From contig CANRIE010000001.1 of the NCBI GenBank assembly GCA_947630585.1, forward strand, positions 1-42,184: 42,184 bases of DNA, read 5' to 3'. Source of the DNA: an uncultured Bacilli bacterium. Its GTDB lineage: Bacteria > Bacillota_I > Bacilli_A > RF39 > UBA660. The position numbers and the translations under genes were made by a program. Positions 1-9,265 of the stretch are shown piece by piece (positions within the stretch are counted from its first letter, which is position 1; each line of letters begins with the position of its first letter). The notes below the pieces were generated by a model that saw nothing but the letters and a program-made list of their open reading frames with translations, was not told where the DNA came from and made no database searches.

Positions 1-831
1 TTTCATAGTATTAATCCAGCAATTAGAAGTCGTTGTCATTTATTTGAACTTAAACCTTTAGATGAAGAAGATATTAAAGAAGGAATAAATTTTTGTATTG
101 AAAAGAATATTTTGCCTAACTTAGATATTGATTTAGAAAGCATTGATTATATAGCAAATGTTTCAGGAAGTGATTTAAGATATGCTTATAATTTGCTAGA
201 ACTTGCTTATTATTCAACAAATGACGGAAAAATTAATCTTGATGTATTAAAAAGTATTGATAATAAACATAATTTTTTTCATGATAAAAATGAGGATGGT
301 TATTATGACGTATTAAGTGCATTTCAAAAATCAATTCGTGGAAGCGATGTTGATGCAAGCTTGCATTATCTTGGAAGAATGTTAAAGGCTGAGGATTTAG
401 ACAGTATTTTTAGAAGATTAACCGTTATTTGTTATGAGGATATTGGTCTCGCAAATCCAGGGATGGGACCTAAAGTAATGGCAGCAATTGCAGCTGCAGA
501 ACGAGTTGGCCTTCCGGAAGCCATCATCCCTCTTTCGGATGTTGTAATTGAGCTTGCTCTATCTCCTAAATCTAATAGTGGTGTTTCAGCTATAAATGCA
601 GCATTAGCTGATATTGATACCGGAAGATGTGGAAATCCCCCAGACCATATAAAAACAACATCTCCTGATTATAAATATCCTCATAATTATCCTAATGCTT
701 GGGTTAATCAGCAATATTTACCTGATAATATTAAAAATAAAAAATACTATATTCCTAAAGAAACTAGTAATTATGAAAAAATGTTAAAACAAGTTCGTGA
801 TAAAATTGATAAATTAAAGAAAGAGGTCTAG
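1..831 (+). CDS. rarA: Replication-associated recombination protein A (RarA/MgsA AAA+ ATPase), 3' portion; the 5' end lies outside the window
   Basis: Frame 1 is open from nt 1 (FHSINPAIRSRCHLFELKPLDEEDIKEG...), so the TTG at 112 in the ORF track is internal. An AAA+ sensor-2 'RSRC' segment is followed by MgsA C-terminal helical-domain motifs (YDVLSAFQKSIRGSDVDASLHYLGRML; YKYPHNYPNAWVNQQYLP). Confidence 0.85.
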   Translation, partial: FHSINPAIRSRCHLFELKPLDEEDIKEGINFCIEKNILPNLDIDLESIDYIANVSGSDLRYAYNLLELAYYSTNDGKINLDVLKSIDNKHNFFHDKNEDGYYDVLSAFQKSIRGSDVDASLHYLGRMLKAEDLDSIFRRLTVICYEDIGLANPGMGPKVMAAIAAAERVGLPEAIIPLSDVVIELALSPKSNSGVSAINAALADIDTGRCGNPPDHIKTTSPDYKYPHNYPNAWVNQQYLPDNIKNKKYYIPKETSNYEKMLKQVRDKIDKLKKEV

Positions 832-904
832 GAAAAATAACTTTTATATGTTAAAATAATTCATGTGATGCATTTTCTTAAACAAGAATATTATATCATA
901 AAAC

Positions 905-934
905 GCCGTGGTTTTATAACTTTGGCGCCTTTTT
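905..934 (+). terminator. Possible rho-independent terminator of rarA
   Basis: Imperfect hairpin GCCGTGGTT-TTAT-AACTTTGGC (two G-U pairs, one mismatch) followed by GCCTTTTT. Confidence 0.35.
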
Positions 935-936
935 AT

Positions 937-977
937 AAAAAAAGACTGATACAAAATTAAAAATATGTAACAGTCTT
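937..977 (-). terminator. Possible terminator of the P-type ATPase gene
   Basis: Arms AAGACTG (942-948) and CAGTCTT (971-977) with a 22-nt loop. On the minus strand a T5 run follows, 6 nt after the ATPase stop. Confidence 0.4.
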
Positions 978-982
978 TTCTA

Positions 983-3361
983 TTATACTATAACTTTTTT
1001 ATGTTCATTACTTTTTCTTTCAATGAAATTTAAGAATGTCATAATCATATCATAAGAATAGAATGAGAAAATAATTAGTAAGAATGTAATTAAACCAATT
1101 CGTAAATTCATGCCTTGAATATCGAAGAATGAATATTGAAAGAACACACCATATAGAAATGCTAATAGTAAAACTGTAAATAATGCAGTTCTTAAGAAAT
1201 TAAATGGTTTAGAAACATGATATAAATGAATAAATCCCGTAGTTCCAGTTATTAAAACAGCTAAGGAATTAACTAAAGCTTCGTCAAGATGAAAAGCAGT
1301 TTTAAATAAAACAATAATTACAACATCAAGAAAAACGGTAACTCCAGCTGGAATACTATTTTTAAATATTTTTAAGATAAAGTTTCCCGATACAATATTG
1401 GTGTTAGGCTCTAAAGCCAATATAAATGATGGAATACCAATTGTACAACTAGTAATTAAAGTAAGTTGAATTGGAATGAAGAAATACTCAGACATTGTAA
1501 ATAAACAAGTTAGAATCAATAAAATTGTATAAATGGTTTTTACAAGTAAAAGTGAAGAACTTCTTTCAATATTATTAATAGTTCTTCTTCCTTCAGCAAC
1601 AATTTGAGGCATAGAAGCGAAGTTATTATCAAGTAAAACAATTTGACTTACAGATCTTGCTGCATCACTTCCACTCGCCATGGCAACTGAGCAATCAGCT
1701 TCTTTTAAAGCTAAAACATCATTTACACCATCACCAGTCATTGCCGTTATATATCCTAACTTTTTAAGAGTTAAAATAATTTTCTTTTTCCCACTTGGAG
1801 TAACGCGCCCAAAGATATCATTTTCAACAACAGCTGTTTCTAAATCTTCATCAGCAATTGTTGTTGCATCAATTGCTTTTAAATCGTCTTTAATGCCTGC
1901 TTTTTTAGCAATATTTAAAACTGTAATAGGATTATCACCTGATATTAATTTAATTTTAACGCCTTGATTTTTAAAGAACTCTAAGGTATCTTTAGCTTCT
2001 TTTCTAATTTCATCCTCAATTAAAACAAAGCCTATTATTTCAAGTTTCTTTGGAGATTCTTCTAAATCATCTTTATTTTTAGCAACAACTAAAATCCGAT
2101 AATCTTTTTGATAATTTTCAATTAAAGAATAATCTAACTCTTTTTCATTTTTAAATACATATTCATAAGCTCCAATGTAATATGACGCATCATCCTTAAA
2201 TTTAACAGCTGAAAATTTTCTTTCTGATGAGAAAGGAATCTTATCCGTAACCTCAAGTTCAATATTATCAGGATATTTATCTTTTAAAGCTTTAAACGTT
2301 GCACTTTCATCATATAAAGTACAGGTTAATTTAGCTAATATTTTAGAAAATTCGTTTTTAGTATATTTACTAGTTGGAATAATATCATATACTTTCATAT
2401 TTCCAGTTGTAATTGTTCCAGTTTTATCAAGGCAAATAACATTAACACGCGATAAAGTTTCAATGCAATATAATTGTTGAACTAAAACTTTATATTTACT
2501 TAATCTAATGATGCTAACAGCCATTACAGAACTTGTTAAAAGAACTAACCCTTCAGGTATCATTCCAATTAAAGCTGCAACTGTGTTAATAATTGAGTCG
2601 CTTATGGAGTCTCCTATCATTAAATATTGATTACAAAATAAAGCAGCACCTAAAGGAATAATAACAACTGATAAAACTTTAACAATTTTTTCAAAAGAGT
2701 TTAAAATAACCGAATTATTTTCTTTAATATATTTAGCTTCACTTGAAATTGTATTTATATAGTTATCATTTCCAACATGGATAACTTGACTTGTACAACT
2801 TCCTGAAACAATAAAACTTCCTGATAATAATAGGTCCCCTACTTTTTTAGAAATAGTTGCCGACTCACCAGTTATAAACGATTCATTTACTTCTACTTCC
2901 CCACTTCTAATAACTGAATCAACTACTACTTGATTACCATTTTTAAGTAAAACAATATCATCTAAAACTATTTCGTCGTTTTCAATAGTTTTTGTTTCAC
3001 TATCTCTTAACACGTTTGCCTTAGTACTTGAAATAACCGATAATTTATCAATTATTTTCTTAGAAATAATTTCTTGAATCGTACTTATAATCGTGTTACA
3101 AAATATAACTCCCATGAATAAGCAATTTTTAAGAGAATAGAAAATTCGACCTGAAAATATTCCAGCAAGAAGAATAGCAGCTCCTAAAAAGATATTTAAA
3201 AAGTTAAAGTAAGTAAAAACATTATCTTTAATTATTTGTTTAATGGTTTTTGTTGCTGGTTGATTATTAAAGTTAAGAAGATTTTTATTAATCCTTTCCT
3301 CCACCTCAGCACTCGTTAGCCCCGTTTTTAAATTGGTTTTAATTTCTAATTTTTCTTTCAT
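983..3361 (-). CDS. Cation-translocating P-type ATPase (type II-like, Ca2+/Mg2+ class), 792 aa
   Basis: DKTGTIT phosphorylation motif, PEGL (IPEGLVLL) in M4, TGDGVNDVLALKEADCSVAM hinge and multiple TM helices. SD AGGAGGGAG precedes the ATG. Confidence 0.9.
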   Translation of the reverse strand: MKEKLEIKTNLKTGLTSAEVEERINKNLLNFNNQPATKTIKQIIKDNVFTYFNFLNIFLGAAILLAGIFSGRIFYSLKNCLFMGVIFCNTIISTIQEIISKKIIDKLSVISSTKANVLRDSETKTIENDEIVLDDIVLLKNGNQVVVDSVIRSGEVEVNESFITGESATISKKVGDLLLSGSFIVSGSCTSQVIHVGNDNYINTISSEAKYIKENNSVILNSFEKIVKVLSVVIIPLGAALFCNQYLMIGDSISDSIINTVAALIGMIPEGLVLLTSSVMAVSIIRLSKYKVLVQQLYCIETLSRVNVICLDKTGTITTGNMKVYDIIPTSKYTKNEFSKILAKLTCTLYDESATFKALKDKYPDNIELEVTDKIPFSSERKFSAVKFKDDASYYIGAYEYVFKNEKELDYSLIENYQKDYRILVVAKNKDDLEESPKKLEIIGFVLIEDEIRKEAKDTLEFFKNQGVKIKLISGDNPITVLNIAKKAGIKDDLKAIDATTIADEDLETAVVENDIFGRVTPSGKKKIILTLKKLGYITAMTGDGVNDVLALKEADCSVAMASGSDAARSVSQIVLLDNNFASMPQIVAEGRRTINNIERSSSLLLVKTIYTILLILTCLFTMSEYFFIPIQLTLITSCTIGIPSFILALEPNTNIVSGNFILKIFKNSIPAGVTVFLDVVIIVLFKTAFHLDEALVNSLAVLITGTTGFIHLYHVSKPFNFLRTALFTVLLLAFLYGVFFQYSFFDIQGMNLRIGLITFLLIIFSFYSYDMIMTFLNFIERKSNEHKKVIV

Positions 3362-3377
3362 ATATACTCCCTCCTAT

Positions 3378-4583
3378 TCAAATTTCATCGATACTAATTT
3401 GCTTATCATGTTTTATTTCTTCCCAAGTCTTATTAGGATCAAAAATAGCTAAGAACACACTTATAATTCCCGTTACCATGAAAAGTGAGAACAGAAAAAT
3501 AGCTGGTAATAAAGGAATTATTTTCTTTTTATTTACGATACATAGGAAAAGTGATAAGACAACTGTTCCTAAATAAGATAGTAAAGTGAACCCAAGCATT
3601 ACTATTATATTATCTACAAGTATAATATTAAAAATGGTTGTTGTTGCAACTAACAATTGATAGATTGGTCCAAAAGCTAAGATAAAACTATCAATTGCAT
3701 GAAGATTATGATTTTTCTTGAATCCTACACCTAAATTTTTAACATATTTTTTTAAAACTTGTAAAGTTCCTAAATTCCATCTTTTTCTTTGTTTAATTGA
3801 AGGAATTAGGCTTGATACTTGTTCATCATAAAAAATTGCTTTTTGAGCAAACCCAATTTTAACGTTATGAATGGCACAGATAGCAGTTAATTCAATATCT
3901 TCTGTTAAAGTAGTTGCTTGATAATTAATTTTTTCTAAAGCTGACTTAGTAATAGCATACCCCGTTCCATTTATATTAGCACTTGCTCCTATTCTTTCTC
4001 TTGTATCATATAAAAATATATGTTGTAAATAATATGAAATCGCATAACTACCACTTAACCAATTTTCATATAAGTTTTTGCAATCACGGAATCCTTCTAC
4101 AACTTCATACCCATTTAATAATTTATTATTCATTTCTTTTAAGAAGTTCTTATCAACAACATTATCAGCATCAAAGATTACATAAGTATCAAAAGATTTA
4201 TCATTTTTAAATTCTTTATAAACATAGTTTAAAACATCACCCTTCGATTTAACATTACCTTTGATATCTAAAACTAAAGCCCCATGTTTTAAACTAATCT
4301 CTCTTGTTTTATCCGTACAGCTATTCGGAACAACATAAATATCATACATGTCTTTAGGATAATCTTGACGCTTTAAACTATCAATTAAATTAGGAATAAC
4401 TATTTCTTCATTTCTTGCTGCAATAATAATTCTAAATTTATGTTTAGGTTTAAAAGTTTTTTCAATTCTCTTCTTCTTTAAAAGAGGTAATATTCCGAAG
4501 ATAAAGAAATAAAATCCATAGATAAACAATATAAAATTGATTATTAATAAAATAATTTTAATAATTAGCATACTTCTACTCAC
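3378..4583 (-). CDS. Membrane-embedded processive family-2 glycosyltransferase (IcaA/NodC/cellulose-synthase-like)
   Basis: N-terminal TM helix, a GT-A core (IIIAARNEE..., DxD in FDADNVVD), the Q(R/Q)xRW motif (QRKRW) and C-terminal TM helices. The GTG start overlaps the upstream stop (GTGA); an alternative ATG lies at 4571. Confidence 0.8.
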   Translation of the reverse strand: MSRSMLIIKIILLIINFILFIYGFYFFIFGILPLLKKKRIEKTFKPKHKFRIIIAARNEEIVIPNLIDSLKRQDYPKDMYDIYVVPNSCTDKTREISLKHGALVLDIKGNVKSKGDVLNYVYKEFKNDKSFDTYVIFDADNVVDKNFLKEMNNKLLNGYEVVEGFRDCKNLYENWLSGSYAISYYLQHIFLYDTRERIGASANINGTGYAITKSALEKINYQATTLTEDIELTAICAIHNVKIGFAQKAIFYDEQVSSLIPSIKQRKRWNLGTLQVLKKYVKNLGVGFKKNHNLHAIDSFILAFGPIYQLLVATTTIFNIILVDNIIVMLGFTLLSYLGTVVLSLFLCIVNKKKIIPLLPAIFLFSLFMVTGIISVFLAIFDPNKTWEEIKHDKQISIDEI

Positions 4584-5968
4584 TTTCTAAATTTCTTTAA
4601 AATCATTTTAATATATTTTTTATTTAAATAATAAGTATAAAAGATAGCAACTCCAAGTCCTACTAATATTAACCATAAATTCTTAGTATAGTATAATAAA
4701 GTTACTAATATAAGAACAAACATATTTAAAAATAAGTAATCATCTTTTTTTAAAGTAATATATTTTCTTAATTTATAATTTCTATATATAAAGATAACAA
4801 AATAAGATATTAAAGTTGCAAAAACAGTTGCATATAAACCAATATATCTAATTAAGATAAATCCAACAACTAAGTTAATTATAGTTGAAACAATCGTTGT
4901 TTTAGCAAGAATTTTAGTATCTTTATAAGCTGAGAAGATACCACTACAGAAATTTGACATATTAGAAAGATAGACAGATATTACCATAATTGGTATATAG
5001 AAATAAGCTTCCCGATAAGCATTTTTAATTAGTAAATTAAAGATAAATGGAAGGCCTGCAATAATTAAAATTGAAACACATATTAATAAATGTTTAAGAT
5101 CAATATAAACACTATTGTAAAAATCATCTTTGTCTTTATCATTAACAACTTTACTTGCTGATTCTTTCCAAGACAAATTAAAATAACTATAACAAGTATT
5201 AATTATTGTTGGAAACCTATTACCAACTGAGTAAATCCCGTTTTTCCCTTCACCTAGATAATGAATGATTAAAAATCTATCAGTTAAGGCAATCGCATTC
5301 CACGAAATACTATTAGGAACAAGTGGCCATGAGTATTTAACCATTTCTTTAATTTTCTTTTTATTTAAATATTTGAATTTAACAAGTTTATGCATTTTTA
5401 ACTTAAATAAAAGCCAAATTGAAACTGCACTATTAGCAATTATATAAGAAATAAATAAACTAACAAGTCCCATTTTAAAAACAACAATAAGTAATATATT
5501 TAAACCAATATTAAAGAAACTTGATAAGAAACAAAAAATTGAATATATTTTAAATTTTCCCATTCCTCTTGCAGATGATCCTGCTAAAGCAGAAAGAAGG
5601 CTTGCTAAAATATAGAAAATTAAATAAATGGTATAAGGATAATCTACAATTACTCCAACAATTAGAATTAAAATACTCCAAATAAGAAAACTTACTAAAG
5701 AAAATATGGTTGTAACCGAGAATACTTCACCCTTTTCATGGTCTTTTTTAGCATCAATTAAAAATCTAAACATTCCTTCATCCATAAGTAAAGTTACACA
5801 TGGTATTAAAAAAATAGAAATGGTATTTAAAAAATCATAAGCCCCATATTCACTAGTTGTTAGCATACTTGTATATAAAGGTAGTAATAAAAAACTAACT
5901 AGTTGTGTACTGAATTTACCAATTGAAATAATTAAGGTATTTTTAATAAGTTCTTTTTTCTGATTCAT
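4580..5968 (-). CDS. Polysaccharide biosynthesis protein / oligosaccharide flippase (MOP/Wzx family)
   Basis: A 462-aa protein of about 12-14 TM helices with the typical N-terminus LIKNTLIISIGKFSTQLVSFLLLPLYT. It overlaps the downstream GT2 gene by 4 nt. Confidence 0.75.
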   Translation of the reverse strand: MNQKKELIKNTLIISIGKFSTQLVSFLLLPLYTSMLTTSEYGAYDFLNTISIFLIPCVTLLMDEGMFRFLIDAKKDHEKGEVFSVTTIFSLVSFLIWSILILIVGVIVDYPYTIYLIFYILASLLSALAGSSARGMGKFKIYSIFCFLSSFFNIGLNILLIVVFKMGLVSLFISYIIANSAVSIWLLFKLKMHKLVKFKYLNKKKIKEMVKYSWPLVPNSISWNAIALTDRFLIIHYLGEGKNGIYSVGNRFPTIINTCYSYFNLSWKESASKVVNDKDKDDFYNSVYIDLKHLLICVSILIIAGLPFIFNLLIKNAYREAYFYIPIMVISVYLSNMSNFCSGIFSAYKDTKILAKTTIVSTIINLVVGFILIRYIGLYATVFATLISYFVIFIYRNYKLRKYITLKKDDYLFLNMFVLILVTLLYYTKNLWLILVGLGVAIFYTYYLNKKYIKMILKKFRK

Positions 5969-5986
5969 TTTATCACACTCTACGAT

Positions 5987-6015
5987 AGTATATCATGTAA
6001 TAGCCAAGATGTAAA
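5987..6015 (-). promoter_or_regulatory. Sigma-A-type promoter for the flippase-GT2-ATPase gene string
   Basis: Minus strand: -35 TTTACA (6015-6010), 17-nt spacer, extended -10 TGaTATACT (-10 hexamer 5992-5987). Confidence 0.45.
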
Positions 6016-6044
6016 TTAGAAAATGAAAAATTGCAGTTAACTAC

Positions 6045-6072
6045 TTGAATTTCTAGTTAAAAATTAGTATAA
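6045..6072 (+). promoter_or_regulatory. Near-consensus promoter for the small ORF at 6088
   Basis: -35 TTGAAT (6045-6050), 16-nt spacer, -10 TATAAT (6067-6072). Confidence 0.5.
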
Positions 6073-6087
6073 TTTAATTGAGGTGTT

Positions 6088-6174
6088 TATGAAAAAGAAA
6101 ACGGTGAAGATAGTAACATCAATTTTGTTATTAATCATGATTGCATCATTTATTTGTGGTCTTATTTATCTATA
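6088..6174 (+). CDS. Unlisted 28-aa hydrophobic peptide (MKKKTVKIVTSILLLIMIASFICGLIYL)
   Basis: It has its own promoter, an SD (GAGGTG) 4 nt (TTT + A) before the ATG, a single predicted TM helix after a KKK N-terminus, and the terminator hairpin starts 7 nt after the stop. It is below the ORF-track length cut-off. Confidence 0.45.
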
Positions 6175-6209
6175 AAAAAAAACTGAAATTAATCAGTTAT
6201 TTTTTTTAG
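6173..6209. terminator. Bidirectional rho-independent terminator (sORF on +, topA on -)
   Basis: AACTGA-AATTAA-TCAGTT hairpin (6181-6198) flanked by an A8 run upstream and ATTTTTTTT downstream. Confidence 0.55.
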
Positions 6210-8233
6210 TCTTCTTTTGTAAATCCGCATTTAGAACATTTAATATCTCCATTTTTTTCAACCATCATTTCCCCACACTTTGGACATTTTTCACCTGTTG
6301 GTTTGTCCCAATAAGCAGTTTTACATTTCGGATAATTATTGCAACCATAGAACACTTTTCCTTTTTTACTATGTTTTTCAACAATTTTTCCAGAACAATT
6401 AGGGCAATCAATTATTTCAATCGTTTCATGTTCTTCTTTTTTTATGTATTTGCAATTTGGATAATCACTGCAAGCAATAAATTCCCCGTATCTTCCTTTT
6501 CGAACTACTAAAGGACTGCCACATTCCGGACATAACTCCCCAGTTTCTTCTGGTTTTTCTTTTTCCATTCCTTGGAAAGCTTTTTTTAAAGTATCATCAA
6601 AAACTTCATAGAATTTGGTTAATACATCAAGATTATTTATTTTACCATTTGCAATTTCATCTAAATCATTTTCCATATTAGCTGTATATTTAACATTAAT
6701 GATATTATTAAAATATTCTTGTAATCTATCAGTTACTTGGAATCCTACATCAGTTGGCACGAATTTCTTATCTTCGATGTTAACATATCCTCGGTCTTTA
6801 ATATTTGACATAATTGTTGCATAAGTTGATGGTCTACCTATTCCTAATTCTTCCATTTCATGAATAAGTCTTGCTTCTGTATATCTTGGTTTTGGTTTCG
6901 TGAAATGTTGTTCATAGATAATATCTTCACTTGTAATTACTTTATTTAAATATTCTGATAAATCAGGTAGAATTGTATCTTTAGTATCTTCAAACTCCGA
7001 ATAAACTTTTAAGTAACCATCGAAAGTGACAACAGAACCTGTTGATTTAAATTTATAATCATTGTTATCAAGAATAATTGTTGTTGCAAGTGTTTTAGCA
7101 TCAGCCATAAGAGATGCTAAAGTTCGTTTATAAATTAAATTATATAACTTGTATTCGTCTGCTGTTAAAAATTTCTTTAAACTTTCAGGAGTTCTCATGA
7201 TACTTGTCGGTCTAATACCTTCATGAGCATCTTGAACATTTTCAGTTTTCTTACTTTTTTTAACATAACCAATATAATCTTTGCCAAAATTATCTTCGAT
7301 ATAATGGAAAGTACTGCCAACAAACTCCTCACTTAATCTAATTGAATCGGTACGCATATAAGTAATTAAACCAACTGTCTCGGTTCCAATATCAATACCT
7401 TCATACATCTTTTGAGCAAGGCTCATCGTTTTTTTAGCATTAAAGTTAAGTTTAGTTGAAGCTTCTTGTTGCAAAGTTGAAGTTGTAAATGGGAACTTAC
7501 TAGCTCGATTTTTATTTTTAGAATCAATACTTTCGACTTTAAAATCTTTGGCTAATTTTTCTAAAATACTATTTACATCATCTAAACTTTTAATTTCAAT
7601 ATCTTTATCTTGAAACTTAAATAAATCTGAATCAAAATCTTTAAATTTAGCTGTAATAGTATAATACTCTTCACTTACAAAGGCTTGAATTTCTCTTTCT
7701 CTATCAACGATTAATTTTAAAGCAACACTTTGAACCCTTCCAGCACTTGTACCACTTGTCTTTGACTGCATTAATTTACTTAATCTAAACCCAATTATTC
7801 TATCTAAAAATCTTCTTGTTTCCTGGCTTTTAACTAAATTATAATCAATCTTTCTAGGATTCTTAATCCCTTCTAAAACTTTATCTTTAGTAATTTCATA
7901 AAATAAAACTCGGTCATACTTATCATCTTTAATTTTAAGGGTATCATATAAATGCCATGATATAGCTTCCCCTTCACGGTCGGGGTCAGTTGCAAGATAT
8001 ATATGATCAGCATCTTTAACTAATTTCTTTAATTCATTTATAATCTTGTTTTTCCCTTTAATAGCAACATAATTTGGTTTAAAACCATTATCTATATCAA
8101 TACCTAGTCCATATTTACCTGTTGTTGCTAAATCTCTAATATGGCCTATGGAACTTACTACTTTATAATTTTTTCCAAGGTATTTTTCAATTGTTTTACT
8201 TTTAGCTGGTGATTCCACTATAACTAAATCCAT
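6206..8233 (-). CDS. topA: DNA topoisomerase I
   Basis: The Toprim N-terminus MDLVIVESPAKSKTIEKYLG, a type IA core (tyrosine context RPSTYA-like GRPSTYATI) and three C-terminal CxxC...CxxC zinc ribbons. I prefer the ATG at 8233 (SD GGAG upstream) to the track start at 8248. Confidence 0.93.
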   Translation of the reverse strand: MDLVIVESPAKSKTIEKYLGKNYKVVSSIGHIRDLATTGKYGLGIDIDNGFKPNYVAIKGKNKIINELKKLVKDADHIYLATDPDREGEAISWHLYDTLKIKDDKYDRVLFYEITKDKVLEGIKNPRKIDYNLVKSQETRRFLDRIIGFRLSKLMQSKTSGTSAGRVQSVALKLIVDREREIQAFVSEEYYTITAKFKDFDSDLFKFQDKDIEIKSLDDVNSILEKLAKDFKVESIDSKNKNRASKFPFTTSTLQQEASTKLNFNAKKTMSLAQKMYEGIDIGTETVGLITYMRTDSIRLSEEFVGSTFHYIEDNFGKDYIGYVKKSKKTENVQDAHEGIRPTSIMRTPESLKKFLTADEYKLYNLIYKRTLASLMADAKTLATTIILDNNDYKFKSTGSVVTFDGYLKVYSEFEDTKDTILPDLSEYLNKVITSEDIIYEQHFTKPKPRYTEARLIHEMEELGIGRPSTYATIMSNIKDRGYVNIEDKKFVPTDVGFQVTDRLQEYFNNIINVKYTANMENDLDEIANGKINNLDVLTKFYEVFDDTLKKAFQGMEKEKPEETGELCPECGSPLVVRKGRYGEFIACSDYPNCKYIKKEEHETIEIIDCPNCSGKIVEKHSKKGKVFYGCNNYPKCKTAYWDKPTGEKCPKCGEMMVEKNGDIKCSKCGFTKED

Positions 8234-8292
8234 TTTCTCACACTCCATTGATATTTATACTAGGAAAACTCAAAAATGTCAACTCCTAATTT

Positions 8293-9000
8293 TCATTTTT
8301 TTGAAAATTCATATAAAGCAATTGCAACCGCATTATCTAAATTTAAACTATCAATATCTTTAGTATGCCTAATAATAACAGGAGTTCCAACTTTTAAAAA
8401 CTCATCAGGTAACCCCGCTCCTTCATTGCCAAAAATTAAGGAATATTTTTTATCTTCTTTCTTAATCTCTTGTAAACTATCTTTAGCTTTTAACATAAAA
8501 GGATAAAAGTTTCTATCATTAAATAATTTAAAATAATCATCAAAACTATCAAAATATTTAATATTAATATTAAATATAGCTCCCATACTACTTCTTATAA
8601 CTTTTGGGTCAAACGAATCAACTCCAGGTCTTATAATTACTAAATCATGAATGTTAAAACCAACTGCACTTCTAATAATCGTTCCTAAATTTCCCATATT
8701 AGAAGGATTAACTAAAACAATATGATTACTATTACTTAAATTCATTTCATACTTTTGAAATACCCCAATTATATAGCAATTTTCTTTATCAGATAAAGTA
8801 TTAATTATTTTATCACTATAAATAACTTCAATTTTATTATCATTACATATTTTAATTATTTTGTTATATGCATCATTCTCTTCTTGCTTCGAATGAATAT
8901 AAACTCTTTTTACATATTCTAGTTTTTTATTTAATAATTCTAAAGTTAAAGTTGTTCCTAAAGTATAACTTTCTAAATCATTTTTCTTATATTTTTTCAT
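8293..9000 (-). CDS. TrmH/SpoU-family RNA 2'-O-methyltransferase
   Basis: SpoU methylase motifs (LVNPSNMGNLGTIIRSA; LIFGNEGAGLPDEF; DSLNLDNAVAIALYE). Confidence 0.8.
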   Translation of the reverse strand: MKKYKKNDLESYTLGTTLTLELLNKKLEYVKRVYIHSKQEENDAYNKIIKICNDNKIEVIYSDKIINTLSDKENCYIIGVFQKYEMNLSNSNHIVLVNPSNMGNLGTIIRSAVGFNIHDLVIIRPGVDSFDPKVIRSSMGAIFNINIKYFDSFDDYFKLFNDRNFYPFMLKAKDSLQEIKKEDKKYSLIFGNEGAGLPDEFLKVGTPVIIRHTKDIDSLNLDNAVAIALYEFSKK

Positions 9001-9002
9001 AA

Positions 9003-9233
9003 CTATTCTCGGTAATTAATTAAAATTACATCTTCTCCTATCTTACTAATTTTTTCATAACTTAATTCAATTTTATTAGAACCCCGAAAAGAAAATACCC
9101 CTTTAAATGGTTCGATTATAAATGAAGAAATCTTCCCTGTTCCTGGATCTATCTTACAATCAACAATATTTCCAAATTTTTTTCCATCATATAAATTAAC
9201 AACATCTTTATTTTGAAATTCGGATAAATTCAC
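9003..9233 (-). CDS. YlmC/YmxH-family PRC-barrel protein (sporulation-associated)
   Basis: A 76-aa protein with the typical pattern DVVNLYDGKKFGNIVDCKIDPGTGKISSFII. Confidence 0.7.
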   Translation of the reverse strand: MNLSEFQNKDVVNLYDGKKFGNIVDCKIDPGTGKISSFIIEPFKGVFSFRGSNKIELSYEKISKIGEDVILINYRE

Positions 9234-9265
9234 ACTATCACCTAACTAATTTTATGTTTTATATT

